This document shows, piece by piece, positions 47,515-57,850 of a stretch of DNA of 64,000 nt; positions within the stretch are counted from its first letter, which is position 1; the number at the start of each line of letters is the position of its first letter. The DNA is from a virus: IMG/VR virus record IMGVR_UViG_3300033153_003354, positions 1-64,000 of that record. One strand, 5' to 3'. The notes beneath the pieces are model-generated. The model was given only the letters and a program-made list of their open reading frames with translations, searched no databases and had not been told where the DNA came from. Position numbers and translations under genes: made by a program.

Positions 47515-49095
47515 TTAACCCTTTCTGAAAAATTTATCTATTTTACTGGAAACACCATTTCTTATTCCCGGCAACATTGCAGAGATTAAATTAGATCCGG
47601 CTGTTCCTGCACTCATGTCTGTACCCAAAGCAAATTCTGAAGATGAATCATTCCACAAGTTATGACCATGAACCATTAAAATAACAGCGTTTACAATATC
47701 ATCTCTATATCCTTTTTCATGTTTATACCTAAATCTTCCAGAAGGGAGTTTTTTCTTTGTGAATTTCTCAAATTGATTGGTTTGTTCTTCATCCATCATT
47801 AAATTAATCCCTGGTTGTGGTTGTTGCTCTGCCAAAATTGTAAATTCATCTACCATCATTGCTTTTAATTCATTATTATATGTTATTGGTTCCAAATAAT
47901 CTATTTTTTCATCTAACAAATCATAAACTGGAGTACCAACACCAGTATAATCAACACATGCAACAACAGGATTATACATATTCAAATCTTCTTCGATCTC
48001 ATCAATTATCCTTGCATAAGATTTATCACCTATTCTATTTAAATATATTTGATTTAATGAAAATTTATCATTTGGTAACTTTACTTTTTTACCAATTGAT
48101 ACAACTGTTTCTGCTGGTGATTTACCTATATCAATTCCAGCATAATATTCTTGACCATCTATATATGGTTCTTCACAATTGATTGTAGTAAGTTCTTTTA
48201 ATAATAAATATCTCCAAACATTACCAACATCAAAATTCCATTTAAGTAAAAATTCCTGATCAAAAGATGCTTTTGGCGTGGTTGCTTTCATCGTGTTAAC
48301 ATAATTTAAATTTGTAAGAGGACTTTCTAAATATGTTTGTGTAACAACTCTCATGTCTGTTTTTCCTGCTCGTTCTGCTTTTTGATATTCGATAAATGTA
48401 TCATGAAAATGATTTTTCCCAGCGGGTGTTCCTGTTTCAAAAACACGTGCATTAGTAGTTGAACCAGACGGTTTTATATCTTCATGATATACCCTATCTG
48501 ATATATCCTGGGATTCGTCCAGTCTTATTTTTGTTGGTGAAAATCCCCTAACATGTGATTGATCTGAAGCAGAAAGAACTGTAATTTTATTTCCATTTCT
48601 AAACTGAACCAATTCTTTAGTGAATTCTTCTGTAAATCCCATTAATATATTGTTCCCCTTTATAAACTTTCTAATATGCCCAAAGATGATGTCTGCTTGT
48701 TTTTTTATTGGAGCATATATGATGGTTTCTTCTGTATCATCTTCGGCATAAATATCTTCATGTATTTCATCTACAGCAACAATAAATGATTTTCCGCCTT
48801 GTCTATTAAATAAAAACAAACCAAACTGACAATTTCTAGTAACATTTACAACATCCATTTGTTTTGGTGTTATTTCTACTGGTTTATTTCTTACAGTTAA
48901 TAAATTTCTAGCAAAAACATCAATATAATTTTCCATACTATCTAAAAATATTTGAAAATCATCTTTGGTTATAGAGTGTTTTGTATTTGGTATATGACTT
49001 CCTTTAACATCTCTAACATCAAAGTAATCAGCAAATTCCTCATCTTTACTAGCTTCTGCCACCGCACGTGGAACATCGTTGGTTCTAAAACTCAT
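47515..49095 (-). CDS. terL: terminase large subunit
   Basis: NRQGGKS, LDESQ, TGTP, AGIDIG, DDIVNA. Confidence 0.92.
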   Translation of the reverse strand: MSFRTNDVPRAVAEASKDEEFADYFDVRDVKGSHIPNTKHSITKDDFQIFLDSMENYIDVFARNLLTVRNKPVEITPKQMDVVNVTRNCQFGLFLFNRQGGKSFIVAVDEIHEDIYAEDDTEETIIYAPIKKQADIIFGHIRKFIKGNNILMGFTEEFTKELVQFRNGNKITVLSASDQSHVRGFSPTKIRLDESQDISDRVYHEDIKPSGSTTNARVFETGTPAGKNHFHDTFIEYQKAERAGKTDMRVVTQTYLESPLTNLNYVNTMKATTPKASFDQEFLLKWNFDVGNVWRYLLLKELTTINCEEPYIDGQEYYAGIDIGKSPAETVVSIGKKVKLPNDKFSLNQIYLNRIGDKSYARIIDEIEEDLNMYNPVVACVDYTGVGTPVYDLLDEKIDYLEPITYNNELKAMMVDEFTILAEQQPQPGINLMMDEEQTNQFEKFTKKKLPSGRFRYKHEKGYRDDIVNAVILMVHGHNLWNDSSSEFALGTDMSAGTAGSNLISAMLPGIRNGVSSKIDKFFRKG

Positions 49096-49319
49096 ATTAG
49101 ACCAAATTTAAATGCTAATCCAACACCAATAGATATTGCAACTATTACACCAGTTACAATAGCAACTATTTTTTTGTTTTTAGTTGTCAATGTAATTTCT
49201 GGTTCTGGATCATCATCAAGATTTATTTTAAATCCAACTTCATCTTCTGTACTTATAACTTCTATTGATGGATCAATTCCAATATCTTTCAATTCTTCTG
49301 ATATAGTTTTATCTGTCAT
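49092..49319 (-). CDS. small membrane protein
   Basis: C-terminal hydrophobic helix. Confidence 0.6.
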   Translation of the reverse strand: MTDKTISEELKDIGIDPSIEVISTEDEVGFKINLDDDPEPEITLTTKNKKIVAIVTGVIVAISIGVGLAFKFGLI

Positions 49320-49436
49320 TTTATCACCTATGTTATCTCACAGCTTGGATTCCATTGTTCCTTTTTTCTTTTCTTATGTCCTTGACTTATCATTTCACCT
49401 TTAGTTTGTTGGACATAATCACTTAAAGAAATTGTT

Positions 49437-49877
49437 CTATTTTCCTTTTTCTTTGTCATTTCCATCACCCCGAACATTAAAATATTGTGACATTGCTGTT
49501 GCCATTAATTCTTTGAAATCTTTTGATGGGTCGATCTCAACTCTGCTTTTATCTCCTCTAATGGAACGGATTGATACTTGCATTTGTTCTTGAACTCCTG
49601 CTAAATGTGATCTTTCTTTTGATAGATGTTTTAATGTAGCTGTTCCTTCAGTATCATTTGCTACCATACGTTCCAATCTATCTATTATAATTTCGCTGCG
49701 TGCTATTTGAGTAATATACCAATCATGTAATACTGAATCATATTCTCCATAAAGTTCAATGAATTTGTTTTTTAGTTCATTAATTCTATTAATATATCGT
49801 GATTGTTCATCTGGATCATCAAAAAAATCATCATCCGTGTTGACCATTTTTATCAGTGAAACAGTATTATAACTCAT
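49437..49877 (-). CDS. putative terminase small subunit
   Basis: Helical protein first in the packaging operon; true start may be 49847. Confidence 0.5.
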   Translation of the reverse strand: MSYNTVSLIKMVNTDDDFFDDPDEQSRYINRINELKNKFIELYGEYDSVLHDWYITQIARSEIIIDRLERMVANDTEGTATLKHLSKERSHLAGVQEQMQVSIRSIRGDKSRVEIDPSKDFKELMATAMSQYFNVRGDGNDKEKGK

Positions 49878-49936
49878 ACTATATAAACTTTTTGGTTAAA
49901 ATGGGATAAAGTTTTAATACTTGTTATATATTACCA

Positions 49937-50560
49937 ATGTTAATGATTGGAAATACCATTCTTAAACTAACAGATTCAGAATTCTTGGAAAAACTAGAAA
50001 AGATAATACAACTTCTTGGTAATGATAACAAACTAGAATTTATTTGGCTAACTTCATCAAATAAAGAAATCAGTACTGATTTCCCATTAATTGTTTTTGA
50101 AGAAAAAGATTCTGGTGATATGAAAACAATGAAATATACAGAATTTTCAACATGGCAAAGTGCTAGACATGAAAAGAAAATTAGAGTAAAACTTAAAAAC
50201 ACAAGATCAGAATATAGTACATTAAAACCATCTTCGGTCAAATTAAAAATTATATCAACAAAGTTAAAATCATCAATTTCTAAACCAAAGATGAATAAAT
50301 ATGTTTGTAAAAAATGTCAATCTATACGAACATATTATAAAGAACAAGAAGGATTATATAGGGTTTTGAAACCAGAAGATGATGTTGTTAAAGGTATTAT
50401 ACCCAAACGATGCCATTCATGTTTAGATTGGTTATTTAGAGGATCACAAATGACTGAAGGAACATGTCCCTTACCTAGAATACTTGAACGATATACACCA
50501 CAATTAATGTTTGAATACGAAAAAGACATTGAAGAAAATGAAATGTCCGATTTTTTCTAG
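49937..50560 (+). CDS. hypothetical Zn-finger protein with PIP-like tail
   Basis: CKKC, CHSC; ends EMSDFF. Confidence 0.6.
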   Translation: MLMIGNTILKLTDSEFLEKLEKIIQLLGNDNKLEFIWLTSSNKEISTDFPLIVFEEKDSGDMKTMKYTEFSTWQSARHEKKIRVKLKNTRSEYSTLKPSSVKLKIISTKLKSSISKPKMNKYVCKKCQSIRTYYKEQEGLYRVLKPEDDVVKGIIPKRCHSCLDWLFRGSQMTEGTCPLPRILERYTPQLMFEYEKDIEENEMSDFF

Positions 50561-50612
50561 TTCCACCACTAATTAGGAAAGGTTTATATAGTTTGAAGTA
50601 TATACAACATTT

Positions 50613-50750
50613 ATGGTATCATATATCAAAAGAGCAAGAAAAATAGGAGGATCCTTGGTTGTAACAATACCAATGGAAATAGCAGAAATATTAGAAATAA
50701 AAGATCGTGACTTTGTTAAAGTTGTATTGGAAAAGGTAAATGAAAAATGA
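50613..50750 (+). CDS. AbrB/MazE/SpoVT-family DNA-binding protein (45 aa)
   Basis: ARKIGGSLVVTIPMEIAEILEIK; TATA-like box upstream; ATGA overlap with tnpB. Confidence 0.8.
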   Translation: MVSYIKRARKIGGSLVVTIPMEIAEILEIKDRDFVKVVLEKVNEK

Positions 50751-51757
50751 TATTGACATTCAAGATTAGACATAACCGAGATTTCACTGATGAATTGGTA
50801 AAAGCCAAAAAGATAGCAGAATTTGGAATAAAAACAAAGGCTTTATCTTCTGCTGCTGTTAAACATATTGGGTTAAAATCTGCAATAGCATGTCAAATTT
50901 TACGTAAATATTCTAAAAATAAAAAATGTAAATCTGCATCAAACGTATTATTAACAATCCCTGGACAAGTTATAAAACACGATAAAGAAAAACAAACAAT
51001 ATGGATTGCTTGTTTAAAACTGAATTTGGATTATTATTTTCGTAATGATTTTGAAAAAATAAATCAAATTGAAATTAATGATAAATATGCATTTGTATCA
51101 ATAACAATACCAGATGAAAAACAAATAAAACCAGAGGGATATATTGGTGTAGATCTAAATACAACTGGTCATTCGGTTGTTATTGGAAATCCAGAAACAG
51201 GAAAGGTTGTCAAGATGGGTAAAAATGCTCATCATATTCATAAAAAATATAGTAAGATAAGAAAAAATTTACAGAAAAAAGGCAAATTTGGGAGATTGAA
51301 AAAACACAAAAATAAAGAAAATAGAATAATTAAAGATATGAATCATAAGATGAGTAGAAAAATTGTCAATATGGCAAATGAAAATAATAATGGTATAAAA
51401 TTGGAAGATTTAAAAGGAATAAAAAATAGAGTTAAATCATCAAAATCATTCAAATATTCTTTGAACAGTTGGTCATTTTATCAGTTACAGAAAATGATAG
51501 AATATAAAGCCAAGATGCTAGGAATACCAGTAATTTATATTGAACCACAATACACAAGTCAGTTGTGTTCAAGATGTGGTCTTATAGGTAACAGAAATGG
51601 TAAGAAATTTAAATGTCCAAGTTGTAACCATGTTGATAATGCCGATGTAAATGCTTCATTCAATATAGCACTACGTCCAGAAGGTATGTATCAATTCGAT
51701 GCAGACAGAGATGTATCGGAAGGGTTTAATGGTAATCCTAAAGAGGAAATGGTATGA
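50747..51757 (+). CDS. tnpB: TnpB RNA-guided nuclease (IS200/IS605 family)
   Basis: RuvC GVDL, LEDL, ADVNAS; Zn finger CSRC/CPSC; YTSQ. Confidence 0.93.
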   Translation: MILTFKIRHNRDFTDELVKAKKIAEFGIKTKALSSAAVKHIGLKSAIACQILRKYSKNKKCKSASNVLLTIPGQVIKHDKEKQTIWIACLKLNLDYYFRNDFEKINQIEINDKYAFVSITIPDEKQIKPEGYIGVDLNTTGHSVVIGNPETGKVVKMGKNAHHIHKKYSKIRKNLQKKGKFGRLKKHKNKENRIIKDMNHKMSRKIVNMANENNNGIKLEDLKGIKNRVKSSKSFKYSLNSWSFYQLQKMIEYKAKMLGIPVIYIEPQYTSQLCSRCGLIGNRNGKKFKCPSCNHVDNADVNASFNIALRPEGMYQFDADRDVSEGFNGNPKEEMV

Positions 51758-51775
51758 ATGATACTAACCTTAAAT

Positions 51776-51797
51776 ATTGATAAATTAATTTATCAAT
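51776..51797. repeat. perfect 22-bp palindrome, candidate right-end hairpin
   Basis: ATTGATAAATT|AATTTATCAAT. Confidence 0.75.
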
Positions 51798-51812
51798 GAA
51801 CCATTTGTTTAC

Positions 51813-52151
51813 ATGAGACACCCAGAAATAATTTTTAAAATTTACGCAATCTGCGGAGATGATGTTTTTAATACGAATGATATTTTATTAGATTTGAAGG
51901 ATACTGGATATACAAGAACACCAACAAGTAAGGCTTTGGGTAGACACTTGAGGGGTTGTCCACTTTTTGAATTTAAAGGACATATAAGATATGTAAAATC
52001 ACACAGAACATATCAAATTTCAACATGGAAAAGAATCAACATTGATGAATTAAATGGAAAATATGATAAGGAAACAATAAATGAATGGAAAAGGAAAATT
52101 GCAAAAACCCCCAAAGCGGGGTCTTCTTCTAAAAATAACACCAGAAGATAG
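51813..52151 (+). CDS. hypothetical protein, possibly wHTH
   Basis: PTSKALGRHLR helix pattern. Confidence 0.5.
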   Translation: MRHPEIIFKIYAICGDDVFNTNDILLDLKDTGYTRTPTSKALGRHLRGCPLFEFKGHIRYVKSHRTYQISTWKRINIDELNGKYDKETINEWKRKIAKTPKAGSSSKNNTRR

Positions 52152-52225
52152 AAAATTATTAGATGAAGGATATACAATAATGTTTGAATTTGCAAATGGA
52201 ATGAATATAGGAATAAGGATAGAAG

Positions 52226-52765
52226 ATGAACAATTTTGAAATTAATAATCTTTTAAACATACCAAAACGAATGGGTGTACAAATAGATTTAATAGATTTT
52301 GATGCTCATATAGATTCTACTCTTTCTTATAATGAAAATAAATTAATAATTACAAATTTATGTATTCCACTTTCTGAACAACCAATTAATAATAAATATT
52401 TAGATCGACAAAATTCAAAAATTGTTCGGGCAATGAATAAAATAGTATGTTGTGTATATTGTAATGAAATTACCGAGAAAACCAAAGATGGATATAAACA
52501 CCGTCTTGGGTGTCAGATGATACACACAGCATGTAAAAAATTTAATGTTCCAAAAATTATAGAAGAACAAATTCGTGAAAAAACAATTGATTGTTTTGAA
52601 GAATTGAAACCAAAAGATTGGAAACAGAAAAAGATTATTATAGGTGTACTTCTTTGGCAACTTGGAAACATCAAACAAAATGCAATAAAACGCAGGATTG
52701 ATGTTTCACCAAGATCCCTCTCAAGATGGAGGGATAAAGTGATGAAAATAGTCAACGGGGAATAA
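52226..52765 (+). CDS. possible minimal TFB-like regulator
   Basis: CxxC, cyclin-like helix segment, C-terminal HTH-like sequence. Confidence 0.4.
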   Translation: MNNFEINNLLNIPKRMGVQIDLIDFDAHIDSTLSYNENKLIITNLCIPLSEQPINNKYLDRQNSKIVRAMNKIVCCVYCNEITEKTKDGYKHRLGCQMIHTACKKFNVPKIIEEQIREKTIDCFEELKPKDWKQKKIIIGVLLWQLGNIKQNAIKRRIDVSPRSLSRWRDKVMKIVNGE

Positions 52766-52767
52766 AA

Positions 52768-53172
52768 ATGTCTAAAACAGCAAAAGAAGAAGATAATTTT
52801 GCAGAAGTTAGAAAAAAATTATTGGAAAAAGGATTTACAGAAGATGAAATTGAAGCAACAATACAAAAATATAAAGATGATGGTATTGTTTATTTAAATA
52901 ATCCAGATACCATTGATGCCTTGAAAGCTAACTTGGAACCAATTGACGAAGAAGATGTTGATCCAGAACACACAGAACAATCAACCCATCCACAAACAGA
53001 AAAGAATTTTGTATCATTATCAATTTCTTTTGGTGATATAGAAATTGGAATACATGAACAAAGCGATGATGAAGTTGAAGAACTTATGGAAATTGCTGTT
53101 AATGGTGTTGCTAAAATAATGAAATTAATTCCTAAAAAAGAATCTCCAGAGTTCGACCCCATGTATGTGTGA
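52768..53172 (+). CDS. hypothetical acidic protein
   Basis: ORF directly following the previous gene. Confidence 0.55.
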   Translation: MSKTAKEEDNFAEVRKKLLEKGFTEDEIEATIQKYKDDGIVYLNNPDTIDALKANLEPIDEEDVDPEHTEQSTHPQTEKNFVSLSISFGDIEIGIHEQSDDEVEELMEIAVNGVAKIMKLIPKKESPEFDPMYV

Positions 53173-53345
53173 TGTTATGAGATGTGCTGGGTGTGGGAAA
53201 AAATTAAAACCCACAAAGGAACCCAAAGATGCTGTTGTTTACTGTGTTCGTTGTAGCAGAGATGAGTTTCAATCTTTGGAAAAAGAATTACACGATATGC
53301 AATATTAGTCCATCTTTGGAAAACTTTATATACTTATAATAGTAT

Positions 53346-54167
53346 GTGACATTACGTGAAACAATGAAAGTTTGGAAAAGACCACATGACAATCTCACTT
53401 ACCGAGATAGGTGTGTTGAAGATACTGCTCGGCATCAATGTGAAATCATTAATCGACCTAACAAAACATTATTTTTTGCGTGTGAAAACGGAAGTAGAAC
53501 ATATGGATTTATGCGTGAAGATAGTGATGTTGATATTCGTGGTGTATATTTGGAATCTTCTAGTTCACTAATTGGATTACACAAACCAAAAGACACCATC
53601 ACTGGTATAGATCAAACTGGATATTTGGATTGGCAATTATTTGAAATTCGTAAATTTATGAATTTAATTCTGAAGTCAAATTTAAATTGTTTAGAGTGGA
53701 TATTTAATCATCAATCTTACGTTAATCTTCAATGTCACAATGAATTTAGAGATCTGATGAAACTTTCAAAACAATGTATTACTCGAAAATTAGGAAATCA
53801 TGCCAGAGGATGGGCATATCAAATATATAAAATGGATTGGAATGAACCAAAAAAGTGTCTATATGCCATTCGACCTCTTATGTTATATATTATTCTAATG
53901 AGAGATGAACTATTCATATCGGACATTAGAGAGCTTGGTAGGCGAATGGAAATAGAAGATCATATCAACAATCTGATTAATGTTAGAAATGAAAATCTAC
54001 CAACACCAAGACATTTAAAAGATAAGAATGTCAAAATATATGAAGAATTTGTTGAATTGAGTAGAAAATTAGAATCAGATTGTTGGATCCCGAAAAAACT
54101 ACCAGACAGTATTGAAAATGAAATGAATGAACAACTTCTTTGGTTAAGAATGAAACCATTTACGTAG
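53346..54167 (+). CDS. Pol-beta-like nucleotidyltransferase (YcgL/RlaP-like)
   Basis: GSRTYG..REDSDVDIRGVY, KSNLNCLEWI. Confidence 0.85.
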   Translation: MTLRETMKVWKRPHDNLTYRDRCVEDTARHQCEIINRPNKTLFFACENGSRTYGFMREDSDVDIRGVYLESSSSLIGLHKPKDTITGIDQTGYLDWQLFEIRKFMNLILKSNLNCLEWIFNHQSYVNLQCHNEFRDLMKLSKQCITRKLGNHARGWAYQIYKMDWNEPKKCLYAIRPLMLYIILMRDELFISDIRELGRRMEIEDHINNLINVRNENLPTPRHLKDKNVKIYEEFVELSRKLESDCWIPKKLPDSIENEMNEQLLWLRMKPFT

Positions 54168-55336
54168 GTGAAAAAATGAGTAGAAAAATGAGTGAAGAAA
54201 ATGCATCTCCATCAAAAGAAAAAATGGAAGATATAATTTTAATTAAATCTAATAGTCAATTTCTTATTGAAAATATAGAATATATTAAAGATAAATATAA
54301 ACCACACATTAAAAACAAACCAATAATAAATGCTATAAATAATTCACCTTCTTTGATAGGTATAATTAAGTGGGCGATTAAAAATACAAAAGAATTACAT
54401 GATGTTATATATAGAAATTATGAAGATTCATATGGAAACAAAACTCTACCGACACATTTTGTTGCGGTTGGGGACAATTGGACATTAATTATATCTCCAA
54501 TGTATCATGAAAGAATATCACTTTTGTTTACAGATACCAAAGAAACATATGATAAAATAACAGATATTACACCAGAATATTATAATCCTGGAAACTACCG
54601 CATTAATAGTTGTATTGGTGGTTTTTATTTAGACCCAATTGATATAAAACCTGGAACATCACCAATTTTAGATAATGATTTGCAAACAACTGTAATCGAA
54701 GATATAAAAAGATTTTATGATTTTGCTGATTTTTACAAAGAACACGAATTACCACATATGCGTGGTATTTTGTTTCATGGTCCACCTGGAAATGGAAAAA
54801 CCAGTTTAATTTTATCTACAATTAAGGAAATAAAAGATTCTTATAATATAATAATGCCACTTGATATTGTTGGTCTTGATGTTATGAAATATTTATCAAC
54901 GGTTTTAAAACCAGAAGATAAAAAAATCATTATATTAGAAGATATAGATGGTGTAGATAAATATGAAAGAAGTAACATTTTAAATTTTCTTGATGGTATA
55001 AATGGCATGGAAAACACAATTATCCTTGGAACAACCAATTATATTCACTTGGTAGATGCAGCAATGGTAGATAGACCAAGTAGATTTGATAGAATATATC
55101 ATATTGATCTACCATCTGCCAGTTCTAGAAAGAAATTAATAAAACAATTCTTTCCTGATGTTACCGAAGATGAACTTAAATCTGCTGTTATTAACACAGA
55201 TGAATTTCCTGGTTGTTTTTTTAAAGAGATTTTCCTTGTTTCTAATTTACAAAACCTATCATTGGGAGAAGCGATTAAAGAACTGAAAATACATTTACAA
55301 AATCATAAGAAAAACACCAGAGTTGAATGTGTATGA
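54140..55336 (+). CDS. AAA+ ATPase
   Basis: GILFHGPPGNGKT, LEDID, TTNY, DRPSRFD. Confidence 0.9.
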   Translation: MVKNETIYVGEKMSRKMSEENASPSKEKMEDIILIKSNSQFLIENIEYIKDKYKPHIKNKPIINAINNSPSLIGIIKWAIKNTKELHDVIYRNYEDSYGNKTLPTHFVAVGDNWTLIISPMYHERISLLFTDTKETYDKITDITPEYYNPGNYRINSCIGGFYLDPIDIKPGTSPILDNDLQTTVIEDIKRFYDFADFYKEHELPHMRGILFHGPPGNGKTSLILSTIKEIKDSYNIIMPLDIVGLDVMKYLSTVLKPEDKKIIILEDIDGVDKYERSNILNFLDGINGMENTIILGTTNYIHLVDAAMVDRPSRFDRIYHIDLPSASSRKKLIKQFFPDVTEDELKSAVINTDEFPGCFFKEIFLVSNLQNLSLGEAIKELKIHLQNHKKNTRVECV

Positions 55337-55445
55337 CAAAATGGAAAGATATAACAGATGGAGAATAAAATGTTACCAATACAATATGATTATGAAACAT
55401 TATATGTGTATAGCATATCAGTTGGATGGCCGGAGGATGATGAAG

Positions 55446-55979
55446 ATGAGTAACATCTTTTTTGTGGCAGATGAACATTACCAGCATCACAACATAATCG
55501 GCTACACGAATCGACCATTCAAAGATTTGTCAACAATGCACAACGCATTGATAAGAAATTTCAACGAATTCGTATCCGAAGATGATTTGACATATCATCT
55601 TGGGGATTTTTCTGTAACAAGACAAGTGGAACAAGAACACAAGCTAATGAAAATCCTAGATCGACTGAATGGAAGACATATTCTTATCATGGGGAATCAT
55701 GATTATCTGAAAGCCCAACATTATATTGATATTGGTTTTCAAGAATTTCATTCATATCTATATCTTGAAGAGTATAAGTTACATTTAACACACGATCCAG
55801 CAGTTACCCAAGTCTTACCAGATGCCAATTGGCTCTGTGGACATGTCCACGGACTGTTCAAGCAAGTTGGTAATGTTATCAATGTTGGAGTAGATGTTTG
55901 GGATTACAAGCCCGTATCGTTGGAAGTAGTGCAGAGTATGTTAATGTTTGCGGAGGATGAATATGGCAACATGTTATAA
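55446..55979 (+). CDS. calcineurin-like metallophosphoesterase
   Basis: DEH, LGDF, GNHD, GHVH, NVGVD. Confidence 0.9.
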   Translation: MSNIFFVADEHYQHHNIIGYTNRPFKDLSTMHNALIRNFNEFVSEDDLTYHLGDFSVTRQVEQEHKLMKILDRLNGRHILIMGNHDYLKAQHYIDIGFQEFHSYLYLEEYKLHLTHDPAVTQVLPDANWLCGHVHGLFKQVGNVINVGVDVWDYKPVSLEVVQSMLMFAEDEYGNML

Positions 55980-56163
55980 ATCCCCAAACCCGACATGTAA
56001 ATGCGGAAAACACATGAAGGTAGAAATGTATTTACATGAAAAACCCAATCAAATAACTAGAATTGTGTGGAAATGTAAATGTGGTTTAGCAACCAAAGAA
56101 GATAGAGATGAATATATTGAACGAATTAACAAAATTATAGATGAACAAATGGTGAGATCATGA
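55960..56163 (+). CDS. small Zn-ribbon protein
   Basis: CKCG...CKCG; GGAGG RBS. Confidence 0.55.
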   Translation, partial: NMATCYKSPNPTCKCGKHMKVEMYLHEKPNQITRIVWKCKCGLATKEDRDEYIERINKIIDEQMVRS

Positions 56164-56420
56164 ACGAAGGAGATATTAAAATAGAACAGGTGTCAAATGG
56201 ATTTATAGTATCGTATATGTGTGTAGATTGTGAAGAAATTCCTTATGTTAGAAAAGAATTGTTCACCGATGATAAAGATGAATATACCAAAAATCTACCA
56301 GAAGACAACATCTCTGGATACAAATTATTACATGCTATAATGGAGCATTTTTGTTTTGGTGGATCCAAGCACGATAAAGCACGAATACAAATAGAAATTG
56401 AACAACTGGAGAGTGAATAA
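56160..56420 (+). CDS. hypothetical protein
   Basis: IKIEQVSNGFIV; ATGA overlap. Confidence 0.6.
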   Translation: MNEGDIKIEQVSNGFIVSYMCVDCEEIPYVRKELFTDDKDEYTKNLPEDNISGYKLLHAIMEHFCFGGSKHDKARIQIEIEQLESE

Positions 56421-56581
56421 AATGACAGAAGAATATAAATCAAGTGTATATTTAGAAGAAACAGAAAGAGACGCTGCTACAGGAATGATAATGAAACAAA
56501 AAGCATGTGTTTTGAAAGGTCAAGAAGATACTAAAAAACTTCTTAAAATGGCCAAGAAAGAGATAAAATGGAAGTGATATA

Positions 56582-57124
56582 ATGTGGCCGTTTAGTAAGA
56601 AAGAAAAAAAGGAAACTCGACAAATGTTCAGTGATAGAAAAGATAAAGAAGATAAACCAAAGAAAGACAAAATCACTGGTAATTATGTTAAATTTAGTGT
56701 TGAAACAGCAAAAGTTAATCCAGATATGATCTTGGATGCTTATAAAAAACTGATAGATGAAATTACTAATAAAATTTTAAATTTGTCTGATGTAAAGAAA
56801 TTTAAAATGTGTATTTCCTCTGAAAATTTTGATGAAATAAAACAATTAATGGAAAATCCAAATGAAGATGATAATCAAGATATAAACGAAAATGACGGAT
56901 TTATAAAATGTTATATTGATGTTTCTAAATTTATATATTCTAAAAAAGCTAACCACAATGGATATGGTGGTATGTATTTTACTAATATAACAGCAGATAG
57001 AATAAAACAACTGATAGACGATGAAACAACATACAAAGCAATTGAAATAAATAAATTAATTGTTAAATTAAAAAATGTAGAGAAAGAAAAAGAATGGTTT
57101 TATAATACATATAAAAGGTGGTAA
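56582..57124 (+). CDS. hypothetical protein
   Basis: MWPF start; 180 aa ORF. Confidence 0.55.
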   Translation: MWPFSKKEKKETRQMFSDRKDKEDKPKKDKITGNYVKFSVETAKVNPDMILDAYKKLIDEITNKILNLSDVKKFKMCISSENFDEIKQLMENPNEDDNQDINENDGFIKCYIDVSKFIYSKKANHNGYGGMYFTNITADRIKQLIDDETTYKAIEINKLIVKLKNVEKEKEWFYNTYKRW

Positions 57125-57319
57125 GTATGGTAAATACTGATGAATTTAATTATCTGATAGATGGAATTTATTTGGCTTTTGACGAAGAAGGTAGTGTCTA
57201 CTTCAGATGTGATTGTAAAATGCCCGAAACTAGATTGTGCCAATCCTGCCAATTAAAGATCGGTAGATTTTTAGGTAATGGAATTCATTTCTATGGGAGA
57301 GAATAGGAGGAGAAATAAA

Positions 57320-57562
57320 ATGACAGAAGAAACAAGTGAAACAATTAATACCGAAGATAGATGTAAAACATGTGGATTGCTGAAATATTACATAGGAGAT
57401 GCCACAGATTCTCAAATTTTATGTCAGTGTAACACAACCAATCTTGGGTGGATATGTCCCGTTTGTGGAGCTGATAATTCTCCTTGGACATCAACATGTC
57501 CATGTGTAACAGTTACTAATTATTCATGGTCATACATAGATGGTACTTGGTATCAAGAATAG
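57320..57562 (+). CDS. small Cys-rich protein
   Basis: GWICPVCGADNSPWTSTCPC; AGGAGG RBS. Confidence 0.6.
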   Translation: MTEETSETINTEDRCKTCGLLKYYIGDATDSQILCQCNTTNLGWICPVCGADNSPWTSTCPCVTVTNYSWSYIDGTWYQE

Positions 57563-57572
57563 GAGAGATAAT

Positions 57573-57850
57573 ATGGATGAAGATAGAGATAAAATCAGAG
57601 AATACAGAAAAATACCAGTAAAGATACACGCAGTTCGATGGAATGGACAGAATCTTGATGAAGTTAAAAAACTCAATACTCTTGGAAGGAAAATTAAAAG
57701 AATGATGGGTCAGGATGGAATTTTGTTAATTGAAACCCTTGAAGGAATACATGAATGTAAAAAGGAAATTGGGTGATCCGAGGAGTGGCAGGAGAAATCT
57801 ATCCTTGTAGAGATGATATTTTCAAGAAAACATATAATTTGGTGACTTAA
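57573..57850 (+). pseudogene. conserved phage protein (YRKxPV...GExYPC type) broken by a frameshift
   Basis: YRKIPV...IETLEG in frame 0; GNWVIRGVAGEIYPCRDDIFKKTY in the -1 frame. Confidence 0.7.

Noticed and set aside
21633-49404. Long + strand ORFs opposite the structural genes (e.g. 21633-22307, 28364-29008, 35924-36445)
   Set aside because: Antisense shadows of well-supported - strand genes, with no motifs.
50747-51757. TnpB as a Cas12f CRISPR effector
   Set aside because: No adjacent array or cas genes.
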